Virus record (IMG/VR): IMGVR_UViG_3300037479_000063 | Location: 1-36,935 of that record | Strand: one strand, 5' to 3' | From: a virus | DNA: 36,935 nucleotides | In this document: piece by piece, positions 1 through 8,791 of the stretch | How positions within the stretch are numbered: position 1 is the first letter of the stretch | Layout of the letters: each line of letters begins with the position of its first letter | Made by a program: the position numbers and the translations under genes | The notes under the pieces: generated by a model | What the model saw: the letters and a program-made list of their open reading frames with translations, nothing else | The model's database searches: none | What the model was told of the DNA's origin: nothing

Positions 1-127
1 CCGAACTCGCCGCCCTCGTCGAGACCGCCCGCGCCCCCAACACCCGCCGCGCCTACCAGTCCGGCTGGCGCGACTTCGCCGCCTACTGCGAGCAGGCTGT
101 GCAAGCCAATGGCTTGCCTGTCCGCCC
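1..127. repeat. Terminal direct repeat, left copy (identical to 36809-36935); overlap of a circular contig
   Basis: Base-by-base comparison: ccgaactcgccgccctcgtc...ggcttgcctgtccgccc occurs at both ends of the window, 127 nt with no mismatch. Confidence 0.97.
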
Positions 128-938
128 ACTTCCCGCTCAGCCCGCCGACGTGGCCGGCTACCTCCACAACCTGGCCGAAAGCGGCGTCAAGCCCTCCTCG
201 ATGACGGTGCGACTCGCCGCCATCGCCTATGCCCACAAGCTCGCCGGCCAGCCCGACCCCACCCGGCACGAGGCCGTGCGCGCCGTGCTCGCCGCGCTGC
301 GCCGCACCGTCGGCGTCGCCCCGGTGAAAAAATCTCCCCTGACCCGTGACCGGCTCGAGCGCCTCATCGCCGCCTGCCCCGACTCCCTCGCCGGTCTGCG
401 CGACCGCGCTTTGCTGTTAGTGGGCTTCGCCGGCGCCTTCCGCCGCAGTGAGCTGGCCTCGATCACCGTCGCCGATCTTCGCGCCGAGCCTGGGCGAGTC
501 GTGCTCACTCTCCGCCGCTCCAAGACCGATCAGGAAGCCGCCGGCGCCACGCTCGTGCTGCCCGCTCTGGAAGACGCCACGCTCTGCCCAGTGCGTGCGA
601 TGGTCGCCTGGCTCAACGCCGCCCACATCCAGTCCGGCCCTCTGTTCAGAAAAGTAGATCGTTGGGGGAAGGTTGGGAAGAAGTGCCTGAGCGACCACGC
701 CATTGCCCGCCTGGTGCAGCAGGCCTGCGCCCGTGCCGGCCTCGCGGCCGCCGACTTCGGCGGCCACTCGCTGCGCAGCGGCTTCGTCACCCAGGGCGCT
801 CTCGATCACCTGCCAGAGTACGACATCCAGCAGGTCTCGCGCCACAAGAGCACGACCACGCTGCGCGGCTACATTCAATCCGCCGGCGCGTTGCAGGAGC
901 GCGCCGCGCGTATGGTGTTGGGGGAAGGCGAACGCTAA
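1..938 (+). CDS. Cre-like tyrosine recombinase, 3-prime part (the gene starts at 36712 and continues across the circular junction)
   Basis: Same reading frame as 36712-36935 through the 127-bp overlap. The joined ORF is 1035 nt, 344 aa. Motifs: NTRRAYQSGWRDFAAYC (N-terminal domain), RDRALLLVGFAGAFRRSEL (Arg), RRSKTD (Lys), GHSLRSGF (His-x-x-Arg), LRGYI (Tyr). Stop TAA at 936-938. Confidence 0.9.
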   Translation, partial: ELAALVETARAPNTRRAYQSGWRDFAAYCEQAVQANGLPVRPLPAQPADVAGYLHNLAESGVKPSSMTVRLAAIAYAHKLAGQPDPTRHEAVRAVLAALRRTVGVAPVKKSPLTRDRLERLIAACPDSLAGLRDRALLLVGFAGAFRRSELASITVADLRAEPGRVVLTLRRSKTDQEAAGATLVLPALEDATLCPVRAMVAWLNAAHIQSGPLFRKVDRWGKVGKKCLSDHAIARLVQQACARAGLAAADFGGHSLRSGFVTQGALDHLPEYDIQQVSRHKSTTTLRGYIQSAGALQERAARMVLGEGER

Positions 939-1840
939 ACGTAGTAACCCCCGTTCGCGCCCAGCACACCCGGAACCGGAGTGCCAGCCACCGAGCCGGG
1001 GAACTTGTTCGCATTGCCATCGCCGTATATCGCCCCGAGAATTTGCGCCGTGTAGCGCGTGCCGGTAATCGTTCCGCCGGTGAAGGTTGACCCATCCGCG
1101 CGTATCGTGCCGCGACTCGACACCGCGAAAATGGTAAATGCCAACGTGCCTGACAGTGTGCACGTATTGTTTAGGAAGTAGATTATCCCATTCGAGTCGG
1201 CATAGTAGTGATAGTTGGCCGCTCCGCTGATAGTGTAGGCATCGGAGAGGTAAATCAATCCGCCGCCGAGCACGTAAAGGTGGATATTTTGACAAACACC
1301 AAAGTCAACCCCTTTCAAGGATAGCCGCGAGCCGTACTCGCTCACAACTCCGACTCCCCCGCTCACGTTGGCCTGAATGCGAACATACTGCAAGCCGACC
1401 CAATGTGAAACAGAGCGCACCGAAAACACTGCGCTGTCCGCCGTTGTGGTTTGCAATACCACATTGCTCGGCGTGGTTTGGTTGCCGCGAATTATGAGCG
1501 GTGGCGTGTTGCCGATCGATGCGGCGACGACTGGCCGCACCATAGTGAGTCCGGTGTACGTGCCATCGGCTATTTGAATCGTTACCTGATAGCTGCCAAA
1601 GTCCAGTTTATCCGAGACAACATCCAGCGCGCGCTGCGGAGTCAGAAACGCGCCGCTCGCCGTGTTGCTCAATCCATTATTCGAGTCGTTGCCGTCGGTG
1701 CGCACGTAATAGGTGCGCGCCGCCGTCAATTTCTCGCGCGGCCCCGCCGGCCGCGTCCTCAGGTCGCGCAACTCCGCCTGCGCGCCCTCCAACTGCCGCT
1801 GCAACCGCTGCATGTCCTCCCAGGTGGCGGTCTCGATCAC
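935..1840 (-). CDS. Tail fibre/tailspike-like protein (N-terminal coiled coil, beta-helix-like body)
   Basis: GGAGG lies 7 nt upstream of GTG 1840, which overlaps the upstream stop (GTGA). Heptad-like MQRLQRQLEGAQAELRDL is followed by YYVRTDGNDSNNG...AFLTPQRAL, a motif typical of pectate-lyase-fold N-caps. The body is rich in G/N/T/V repeats. Last gene of the tail module, and locally lower GC. Confidence 0.6.
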   Translation of the reverse strand: MIETATWEDMQRLQRQLEGAQAELRDLRTRPAGPREKLTAARTYYVRTDGNDSNNGLSNTASGAFLTPQRALDVVSDKLDFGSYQVTIQIADGTYTGLTMVRPVVAASIGNTPPLIIRGNQTTPSNVVLQTTTADSAVFSVRSVSHWVGLQYVRIQANVSGGVGVVSEYGSRLSLKGVDFGVCQNIHLYVLGGGLIYLSDAYTISGAANYHYYADSNGIIYFLNNTCTLSGTLAFTIFAVSSRGTIRADGSTFTGGTITGTRYTAQILGAIYGDGNANKFPGSVAGTPVPGVLGANGGYYV

Positions 1841-2955
1841 AGATACGCCTCCGCCAGGCTCGTCACCAACTCTTTCCCCTGCTCGGTGACGTTGCACGTC
1901 ACCGAGCGCGCCATGATCGTGAATTGCTGATCATCATAGCTGGCCGTCAGCCGGTCTCCAAAACCCCAGTCCTTACCATAGATTGATCCCGGCACGCTTT
2001 GCAGCGTCCCGCTAAAACGAGTCTGCGGCCTGCCCTCGATCACCTTGCCCTGCGCCTTGGCCAGCGCGCCCGCGCTGCTCTCCGTCGCCGCCTCAACCGT
2101 GTCTTCGCGCCGCGCAAACAGGCTGGCCGTCATGCGCGCCGTGTCCTGCGCCGACTGCACGTCGCGCGCCGTGCCCTCCCCGGCGCCCAGGCCGTACACG
2201 TTGGTCGCCTCGTTCATCGCGTCGTACTCCAGCTTGGGTCGCAGCAGGTTGCCGTTCTCCAGCCCGAACACCAGGCCCCCCACCCCGCTCCGATCCTGCC
2301 CGCGCTGCCCGGTGTACGTGCGCAGCTCGAAGCTGACGTCGCCCGTCGGCACAATATCAAAGTAAAGTTCCGTCCCCAACTGCCGCGCCGTGTTGCAGAT
2401 CTCCCGCCACACGTCCAGCAAATTTCGGTAGCTCATGCCCTTGGTGATCGACGGCCCGAGCGACACGTCGGAGCTGATGGTGAAGTAGCTCGAGGAGAGA
2501 GCGCGATCCGTGCCCGCGCTCGCGCCCAGGTTCTCCAGCGCGATGGCCTTGAGTATGTCGTCGGCCTGGTCAGTCTTGAGCGCCTGGCTGGTCGTCGCTC
2601 GGTAAGCGATCACCCGCCCGCTGATCAGATAGTTGAGCGCCGCCCCGCCGATCACCCGCGTGATCGCGCCCTCGTCGTCGGCGGAGTACATCCACCGCCG
2701 CAGGAAGCCCTGAAACTCCTGATACATCGCCCCGCCCTCGGGCTTGCGCCAGAACTTGATGCGGCGATCCTTGGCGATCAGGGATTTGTCGAATGACCCG
2801 GGCAGCACGATCTGCCACCCGCCGATGTTGTTCACCGTGCTCGTGCACCAGAACGAGATCGGGTTGTCCACAATCATCAGCCGCTGCCCATTGTCCTGGC
2901 ACAGCTCGATCTGCCACTGCGTTCCATTCTGAAGCGGCTTCGAAAGGTCTAACAT
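1837..2955 (-). CDS. Tail tip/baseplate structural protein (function by position only)
   Basis: 372-aa ORF with ATG 2955 abutting the upstream stop (TGAATG). Lies between the large tail protein and the fibre gene. Codon usage is typical of this genome. Confidence 0.6.
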   Translation of the reverse strand: MLDLSKPLQNGTQWQIELCQDNGQRLMIVDNPISFWCTSTVNNIGGWQIVLPGSFDKSLIAKDRRIKFWRKPEGGAMYQEFQGFLRRWMYSADDEGAITRVIGGAALNYLISGRVIAYRATTSQALKTDQADDILKAIALENLGASAGTDRALSSSYFTISSDVSLGPSITKGMSYRNLLDVWREICNTARQLGTELYFDIVPTGDVSFELRTYTGQRGQDRSGVGGLVFGLENGNLLRPKLEYDAMNEATNVYGLGAGEGTARDVQSAQDTARMTASLFARREDTVEAATESSAGALAKAQGKVIEGRPQTRFSGTLQSVPGSIYGKDWGFGDRLTASYDDQQFTIMARSVTCNVTEQGKELVTSLAEAYL

Positions 2956-5406
2956 TCACGCCACCCCATCCACGCTCAAATGCGTCGGCTGCTGGTGCAG
3001 CAGCAGCTCCGCGCCTGTCAGCGTGCCGGTCGCGAACGCCGCCAGCACGTTCGCGTCGGGCAGCAGCTCGAAATTGGCGAAATCTGATCCTGACAGCGGC
3101 TGGTCCCTAATCACCCCGCGCCAGTTGCTGGTCACCTGCCGCCGCCCGGGCCGCAGGTCAATGGTGATCGTCTCGCCGGCGTTGACCGTCAGATTGAAGT
3201 ACAGCCGGTCGCCGCTGCTCTGGTTCTCCAGCCAATGCAGCGTTAAGTTTCCGCTCGTCGGCCCAATCAGGTACAGCACTGGATAGACCTCGGTCGTCGA
3301 GATCGGCGCGAGTGTGGTCCGCGCCGCGGCCAGGGCAGTAATGTTGGTTTGATACCCGATATAGAGGTCTTGGCCCTGTGCAATGCTAGTGACGATCGTA
3401 TCCAAAGGCAAAACGATGTCGTCGGGCAAACTAATATCCATTCGGCTCCATGCCGAACCGTTCCAGTAAACCAATTTCTCATTGGTAATGGGCGCATTGG
3501 CATCCTCAAAGATTCCACCCATGACAAATGCTTCACCTGCGATAAATTCACCCGAATAAACAAGCCCGGTCGCCCCTAATCCAGATCCTAACGGCGTGAC
3601 AGTACCATTGGGCGCAACCCAAGCCACACTCGCCGCAGTGACACCCCCCAAAGTCGAGAATGAACCGGCGGCCAGTATCCGGCCTGTTTCAGCCAATCTC
3701 ACGAGTGCTACCCCTCGGCCAACATTGGCATCGCTTGTTGCCAGCGCCGTCCAGGTCGAGCCATTCCAAACCCATAAATTGCCGGCCACCCCCACCAGAG
3801 TGGACTGTGACCCAACATAGACATTCCCTTGAGCGTCCACCGCTATTCCATAGGAGCCTTGAGGGTAATTGTTGGCTGAGAAGGGTGATGTTCCCATTGC
3901 CACCCAACTCGTGCCATTATAAGAGGTGATGTAATCCTGTGCGGCATCCCCATTCCAGTTGGTGAAATTTCCAGCCGCATACAAAACGCCAGTGCTGCTC
4001 ATCCCCAAACTCCGAAACACTGCCCCTGCACCGAGGGCAAAGACCGTCCATGTATTTGCACCGGAATTCCAGCGCGCAATCCCATGAGTCGTTGTGCCGC
4101 CCGCTGCCGTGAAATCCCCTCCGACCCACACATCACCATTGGGGGCGATGGCAATTGACCGCACATCCCCGCCAGATACGCCAACCGTGCCGCTGCCCAG
4201 CGCCACGAAAGTTGTGCCATTCCAATAGCAAATCCGGTTGACTGTTACACCATTGGCCGTCGTAAATTGGCCTCCATAGAAAACGCGATTACGCGCCTTG
4301 TCCACCGCCACGACAAAGACGGGATTGTTGAATCCGCTCCCAAATCCCTGCCACAGCCCATTCACCCGCCGCAACCCATACGCCGCCGTGCTGATGCTCT
4401 GCTGCATCGTCAACGCCGTCACCTGGTTATCGTCCTCGCGCCAGAACGGGTCTTCGGCGATCAGCCGCGCCGTCGGCTCCTCCACAAACCCCTTCGGCGG
4501 CCCGAACTTCAGCCCGTCCGCATAGCGGAACGGCGCATATACCGGCTTTCCCACGTTCGCCCCCGTGTAGCGCAGCAGCACCGGCTGCCGCCCGCGCTTG
4601 GCGTTCCCCTTCACAATATCAATGAAGTCCTGGCGCTTCTGTTGCAGGTTCTGATACGTCGTTCCCTGCAACGTCGTCTTCAGGTTCAGCATCCGCAACC
4701 CGATCTTCTCCGACTGAAACAGCGCCCCCGGCTGGAGCGCCTGCTCGAAGAAGTTGAGCGCAATGTCCGGCATTCCAATGCCATCGCTGTCCGGGGACAC
4801 GTAGATGCCGAAGTCGTCGACCAGGTCGTGCTCGCGCCCGCCCCAGCGCTCCTGCGCGTCGCGCGTGCTCGTCGAGCCGTTGCGCAGCCCGTTCCACCGG
4901 TACAGCGGCCCGCGGTCGCCGTCCATGTAGGTCGTGTAATAGCTCTGCTGCTCCACCTGCACCGCGTCCACGTAGAAATTCTCGTTGACCGTGTTGCGGA
5001 TGATCAGCGCCGTCGAGCCGTTCGCCTGGCTGGCCGCGATCTGCACCCCGTAGCGGATCCAGCGCGCATTCGAGTCGGCCAGCGCGCCGGAGATGATGGC
5101 CGCCGCGTTGTAATTCGTGCCGCCATTGAGCGACACCTCCAGCGTGCCGGTGATCGCCGTTGTATCCTTGCGCACGTAGAAGGTCACATAGTGGATGGCG
5201 TTGGCCAGCGCCTGCATGGTCAGGTTGATGCCCCGGTTCACCGCCCCCGTCGTCACCAGATAGCAATACAGCCCCCAGCGCGCGTGCTTGGTCACCCGCG
5301 TCACCGTCGCCGAGTTGTGGTTGGCAAAGTTGCCCGCGTCCTCGGCGCTCGGGTTGAGCACCAGGTTGATGCCGGCTTCACCGATGATCGCGGCCCAGAA
5401 ACTCAT
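2956..5406 (-). CDS. Large tail-tip protein with beta-propeller-like repeats (receptor-binding candidate)
   Basis: ATG 5406 sits 1 nt after the tape measure stop (TGATATG). Central repeats of the form GG(D/Q/N)FT..(A/N)GG....(I/V)A.WNG..W..(L/M)G occur at least 5 times. The C-terminal segment (LYLIGPTSGNLTLHW...ETITIDLRPG...FELLPDANVL) resembles siphovirus distal-tail-type domains. Immediately downstream of the tape measure gene. Confidence 0.65.
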   Translation of the reverse strand: MSFWAAIIGEAGINLVLNPSAEDAGNFANHNSATVTRVTKHARWGLYCYLVTTGAVNRGINLTMQALANAIHYVTFYVRKDTTAITGTLEVSLNGGTNYNAAAIISGALADSNARWIRYGVQIAASQANGSTALIIRNTVNENFYVDAVQVEQQSYYTTYMDGDRGPLYRWNGLRNGSTSTRDAQERWGGREHDLVDDFGIYVSPDSDGIGMPDIALNFFEQALQPGALFQSEKIGLRMLNLKTTLQGTTYQNLQQKRQDFIDIVKGNAKRGRQPVLLRYTGANVGKPVYAPFRYADGLKFGPPKGFVEEPTARLIAEDPFWREDDNQVTALTMQQSISTAAYGLRRVNGLWQGFGSGFNNPVFVVAVDKARNRVFYGGQFTTANGVTVNRICYWNGTTFVALGSGTVGVSGGDVRSIAIAPNGDVWVGGDFTAAGGTTTHGIARWNSGANTWTVFALGAGAVFRSLGMSSTGVLYAAGNFTNWNGDAAQDYITSYNGTSWVAMGTSPFSANNYPQGSYGIAVDAQGNVYVGSQSTLVGVAGNLWVWNGSTWTALATSDANVGRGVALVRLAETGRILAAGSFSTLGGVTAASVAWVAPNGTVTPLGSGLGATGLVYSGEFIAGEAFVMGGIFEDANAPITNEKLVYWNGSAWSRMDISLPDDIVLPLDTIVTSIAQGQDLYIGYQTNITALAAARTTLAPISTTEVYPVLYLIGPTSGNLTLHWLENQSSGDRLYFNLTVNAGETITIDLRPGRRQVTSNWRGVIRDQPLSGSDFANFELLPDANVLAAFATGTLTGAELLLHQQPTHLSVDGVA

Positions 5407-5407
5407 A

Positions 5408-7162
5408 TCAGAACGCTCCCGCCGCGGCCGACGCCCGATAGAACTCGCTCGGCACATTGGGCGCCGTCGGCGTATTGATATTCATCGTGTAATAGTTGTA
5501 CTGGTGGCGCGCCGCCGCCACGCTCTGCCCGGCCGCGTACGCCGTTGCCCGCGCCGGCAAACTCGCGTTGGCCAGGATCGCGTTCGACCAGCCCTGCATG
5601 CTCGGCACACCCACCTCCTCGAAGAAGCGCGAACTCGGCGAACTGATGCCCAGGAAGCCCTTGGCCGCCGCCAGCGCCGCGGCCGCCGCGTTCTGCGCCG
5701 CGCTCACAATGAAATGCGTCGCCGCCGTGATCCCGGTGGCGATGCCCTGAATGATCCCCATCCCCACCGCCCCCCAATCCACGTTCTTGAACCAGTCAAT
5801 CGCGTTGGTCGCCAACAGTTGGACGTTCTTCCACAGCTCGTCCCAGTTCTTGCGCATCTCCTGCCCGAGCTGGTACCAGTCCCCGTTCACCGCCAGCGTC
5901 AGCAGCTTAATCGTCTTCTCGATGTTGCCCCGGAAGAAGTCGGCGATGCCCATCACGGCATTGAACACCGTCGTCGTCACCGCCTGGATCGTCGGCCAGT
6001 TGGCCTGCACCCATTGCACCGCCACGGTGAGAGTCGGGATCAGGATCGTGGTGATGAAGCCGGCCACCATCTGGATGCCCGTTCCGATCACCCGCATCCC
6101 AGTCTCGAACACCTGCTGCGCGTTTGGGATCTGGATGCCCGTCTGCCCGGCGATGTCCTGAATAGCCGGAAGCAGCACTGTATTCACGAAGCCGCTCACC
6201 GACTCCATCACCTGCCGCGCGGCCCCAAAGGCCGTCTCGGTCGTCGCCTGGATAATCGGCCAGTTCTGCTGAATGAACCCAGTCAGAGCCTGTGCCGCGT
6301 TGATCCCCGTCTGTACCGCCCAGCCGAGGAACTCGCCAACCTTCCCCAGCCCGGTCTGTACCTCCGGTGAGCCGAGGTACGTCAGCAGCCCACCCAGGTG
6401 GCCCTTCACCACATCGAAGATTGGTTCCCCGAGCGTCCGGATGGTGTTGCCTTTCCAGTCCTCGAGGTTCGACAGCATTCCCTCGAAGGTCCCGGACTGG
6501 GCCTTCATCATCCCGCCGAACTTGTCCTCCATCGCCCCCAGCACCTTCGCCATCGCCTCGGGCAACGGCGATAGCAGTTCGCCGCTCTTGCTGAACTCCA
6601 GCCCCATGCCCGTGAGCTGCTCGCGAGTGACGATCCCCATCTCCTGGAAGCGGCTGATCGCCTCCCCCGTCGCCCCGCTGCTGAACTTGCCCAGCAGCAG
6701 CGCCATGTCCTGGAATGACGCACCGGTGCCGGCGGCCACGTCGCCGGCGATGGTGCGGATCTGAGCGGCGTTGAATCCGAATCGCTTGGCCGCCTCGTCG
6801 CTCGTCAGCCCGAAGCCGGTGAGGATCTTGTCCGCCTGCACAACCTGGGGAAGTTCAAACGGGGTGGACGCCGAGAACGTCGTCAGCTCGCTCAGGCGCG
6901 TCTTGGCCGCCTCGGCGCTGCCCAGCAGCACCCCGAACTGAGTGTTGTATCGCTCGAACTCGGCGTTGCCGGCAATCGCCCCCTCGGCCAGCCCGAAGAT
7001 CGCATCCTTCGCCAGGCTCAGCCCGCCCACCAACGCCCCGCCCAGCGCCGTTCCGATGCCGACGTTGAGCACCTGGCCGAAATCAAAGAGATTCTGCTTC
7101 GCCCCGCCCACTACCGGGGAAAGCTCATCCTTGCCTTTGAGTACGAAGACCAGTTCAGCCAT
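5408..7162 (-). CDS. Tail tape measure protein
   Basis: 584 aa from ATG 7162 (the longer ORF begins at an upstream TTG). G/A/L-rich with predicted membrane-like helices. The segment TRLSELTTFSASTPFELPQVVQADKILTGFGL...IRTIAGDVAAGTGASF is typical of tape measure cores. Lies directly downstream of the G/GT chaperone pair. Confidence 0.85.
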   Translation of the reverse strand: MAELVFVLKGKDELSPVVGGAKQNLFDFGQVLNVGIGTALGGALVGGLSLAKDAIFGLAEGAIAGNAEFERYNTQFGVLLGSAEAAKTRLSELTTFSASTPFELPQVVQADKILTGFGLTSDEAAKRFGFNAAQIRTIAGDVAAGTGASFQDMALLLGKFSSGATGEAISRFQEMGIVTREQLTGMGLEFSKSGELLSPLPEAMAKVLGAMEDKFGGMMKAQSGTFEGMLSNLEDWKGNTIRTLGEPIFDVVKGHLGGLLTYLGSPEVQTGLGKVGEFLGWAVQTGINAAQALTGFIQQNWPIIQATTETAFGAARQVMESVSGFVNTVLLPAIQDIAGQTGIQIPNAQQVFETGMRVIGTGIQMVAGFITTILIPTLTVAVQWVQANWPTIQAVTTTVFNAVMGIADFFRGNIEKTIKLLTLAVNGDWYQLGQEMRKNWDELWKNVQLLATNAIDWFKNVDWGAVGMGIIQGIATGITAATHFIVSAAQNAAAAALAAAKGFLGISSPSSRFFEEVGVPSMQGWSNAILANASLPARATAYAAGQSVAAARHQYNYYTMNINTPTAPNVPSEFYRASAAAGAF

Positions 7163-7175
7163 TGGGGACTTAAAC

Positions 7176-7215
7176 AAAAAAGGCAAGCACCGACCCGCAA
7201 GGTCTATGCTTGCCT
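7176..7215 (-). terminator. Intrinsic terminator-like hairpin plus U-tract upstream of the tape measure gene
   Basis: Minus strand reads AGGCAAGCA-TA-GACC-TTGCG-GGTC-GG-TGCTTGCCT followed by TTTTTTG. The inner stem-loop GACC/GGTC is shared with the element at 13334-13378. Confidence 0.65.
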
Positions 7216-7235
7216 CGTGAGGCGTTCCTATTGAC

Positions 7236-7260
7236 GCCCCTCTCCCGCTGGGAGAGGGGC
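7236..7260 (-). other. GC-rich hairpin just downstream of the GT stop
   Basis: gcccctctccc-gct-gggagaggggc: perfect 11-bp stem and 3-nt loop. First of a tandem hairpin pair with 7176-7215. Confidence 0.7.
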
Positions 7261-7273
7261 CGGGGGCTACTGG

Positions 7274-7701
7274 TTATTCGTCATCCACCAGTAGTGGTGA
7301 AGCTCGCTGCGCCAACTCCGCGCGCCGCGCCCGGAGCCGCGCCCAGCGCGGCAGCCACCACTCCGGCCCGTGTCCGGGGACAACCTCCCACGGCTGCGCG
7401 CCGTAGGCCTCGCACATATCGCTGATCGCCGCCCACAGCGGTAGCGGCCCGCCATACTCCAGCACTGCTAAGAGCCGCTCATCGCTTTTGGGAGCGCCTG
7501 GCGCTCTTTGATCTCCGCCATGATCTGCGCGTTGATCGCCGGCAGATCCTCCCACGGGATGGTGCGTACATCCTCCGGCGCCACGCCGCAATGGACGATC
7601 AGCCAATTGGCCGTGGCCTTCGGCGATTTGCCGGCCTCCTCCAGATCCATCAGGTCGCCGAGTGTCAGATGCTCGGTCTTGATTGAAACTTGCAACGCCA
7701 T
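7274..7701 (-). CDS. Tail assembly chaperone GT-like fusion product (needs a -1 frameshift at 7492-7486)
   Basis: ORF 7274-7606 is in the -1 frame relative to ORF 7468-7701, overlaps its 3-prime end and has no convincing start of its own. The in-phase slippery heptamer is C_CCA_AAA. Predicted fusion is 72 + 70 aa. Confidence 0.75.
7468..7701 (-). CDS. Tail assembly chaperone G-like protein
   Basis: ATG 7701 with AAGGA 7 nt upstream; 77 aa; acidic. Sits between the major tail and tape measure genes, the canonical position. Confidence 0.8.
   Translation of the reverse strand: MALQVSIKTEHLTLGDLMDLEEAGKSPKATANWLIVHCGVAPEDVRTIPWEDLPAINAQIMAEIKERQALPKAMSGS
7486..7492 (-). other. Programmed -1 ribosomal frameshift slippery heptamer C_CCA_AAA
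   Basis: Minus strand reads ctC CCA AAA gcg in the G frame. After a -1 slip it reads CCC AAA AGC GAT GAG..., which is the PKSDERLLAVLEYGG... frame of ORF 7274-7606. Confidence 0.75.
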
Positions 7702-7759
7702 GTGAGTGTCCTTGGGCAGTTGGCCGTCTGCCGACTGCTCGCCGCCTACTGTACCCTGA

Positions 7760-8782
7760 TTACGGCAGCGGCGATACTTCATGCACGCAGATGATCGTGC
7801 CGGCGTTGCCCGCCGTGGTGTTGTAGCGGCTGCGAAACTGGGCCTTCACGATGTCGTTGCCTTCTTTGTCCTCCAGAGGGCCGACCGTCTTCCACTTGAT
7901 CGGCAGGTTAAGGATCAATCGCTTGGCGCTGTAGGTCGTCCCGGCCGAGGCCAGGTTATTGCCCTGGAAGTTCACCTGCAGGAGTCGCGCCGTCTGGGCG
8001 CGCCAGTCGGCCTTCGCGCCGGTGTTGCCCTGCGCCGCTACGTCGTGCTCGAAGGTCACCTCACCGGTGATCACGTGGTTGACGTACATCGGGAAGCTGT
8101 AATACAGGTTCCCGTCCATCGTGAATTTGGGGATGATCTTGATGTCACCGGTGATCTTGATCCCCAGGATCTGGTTGGCGATCGGGGTCGTGCCGTACGC
8201 GCCGCCGATGGCATCCAGGTACAGGCGGCCTCGCCCGACCAAAATGTCTTCAATGATCGGGATCGTCGCCGCCGCGAAGCCGCCGGCCAGCCGCTGCACC
8301 TGCCGGCCCATGAGCGAGGCCGAAAGCTTGAGCGTCTCGCCCGCCATTCCGCTCAACTCCCACTTGAGACACACCACGTACTCCATCTGTTCCACTTCCG
8401 AGTCGTCGCCGCCCTCGAAGGTGTACGGCTGGAGAGTCGGCGCCGTCGTGGTGGGGATGGTGGTGGTGTAAATGCGGCCGCTACCGGCGCCGTCGTTTGT
8501 CCCCGTTGTCGGGCCGCCCAGAGACATGGCCATGAAATACTGGAATTGCTCGAAGCTGATCGGCTGCGAGGGCACGTCCAGCATCCCCAGCAGTTTTATG
8601 ATCGCGGTGCGGTCCGCGCCGTCGCCGAGGATGCCAATCTGCTCGAGGATCTCTTCGACCTCGCGCTGATCCTTGAGCACCGCATCCTTCACGCGCAGCC
8701 GGGTGGTGGCCGCCACCGCCGTCCCGCCCGTGGTCTCGCGCCCAATCTGTACGCGCCGCAGTGATTTTCTTCCGAGTGCCAT
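7760..8782 (-). CDS. Major tail (tube) protein
   Basis: 340 aa. GGAGG lies 5 nt upstream of ATG 8782. Lies directly upstream of the G/GT chaperones. T/G-rich, beta-rich sequence. No sheath gene is present. Confidence 0.7.
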   Translation of the reverse strand: MALGRKSLRRVQIGRETTGGTAVAATTRLRVKDAVLKDQREVEEILEQIGILGDGADRTAIIKLLGMLDVPSQPISFEQFQYFMAMSLGGPTTGTNDGAGSGRIYTTTIPTTTAPTLQPYTFEGGDDSEVEQMEYVVCLKWELSGMAGETLKLSASLMGRQVQRLAGGFAAATIPIIEDILVGRGRLYLDAIGGAYGTTPIANQILGIKITGDIKIIPKFTMDGNLYYSFPMYVNHVITGEVTFEHDVAAQGNTGAKADWRAQTARLLQVNFQGNNLASAGTTYSAKRLILNLPIKWKTVGPLEDKEGNDIVKAQFRSRYNTTAGNAGTIICVHEVSPLP

Positions 8783-8791
8783 GCTGGCCTC

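Noticed and set aside
1-127. The 127-bp end duplication as a biological direct terminal repeat or LTR.
   Set aside because: A CDS reads through it, and its length equals a common assembler k-mer. A circular-contig overlap is the simpler explanation. Physical DTRs cannot be formally excluded without reads.
935-1840. An invertible or shufflon-type tail fibre switch driven by the adjacent convergent tyrosine recombinase.
   Set aside because: I found no inverted repeats flanking the fibre 3-prime end and no alternative promoterless fibre C-terminal cassettes. The recombinase gene abuts the fibre stop directly.
4267-5478. Long plus-strand ORFs antisense to the structural genes. Examples are 4267-5478, 5288-6370, 8761-10449, 10152-11807, 14284-15930 and 16727-18025. 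The minus-strand ORFs 34473-35627 and 34559-35629, antisense to early genes, belong to the same class.
   Set aside because: Their translations are R/A/P/G/H-rich low-complexity text typical of non-coding frames in GC-rich DNA. They lack RBS and coupling context, and they fully overlap ORFs with recognisable phage motifs.
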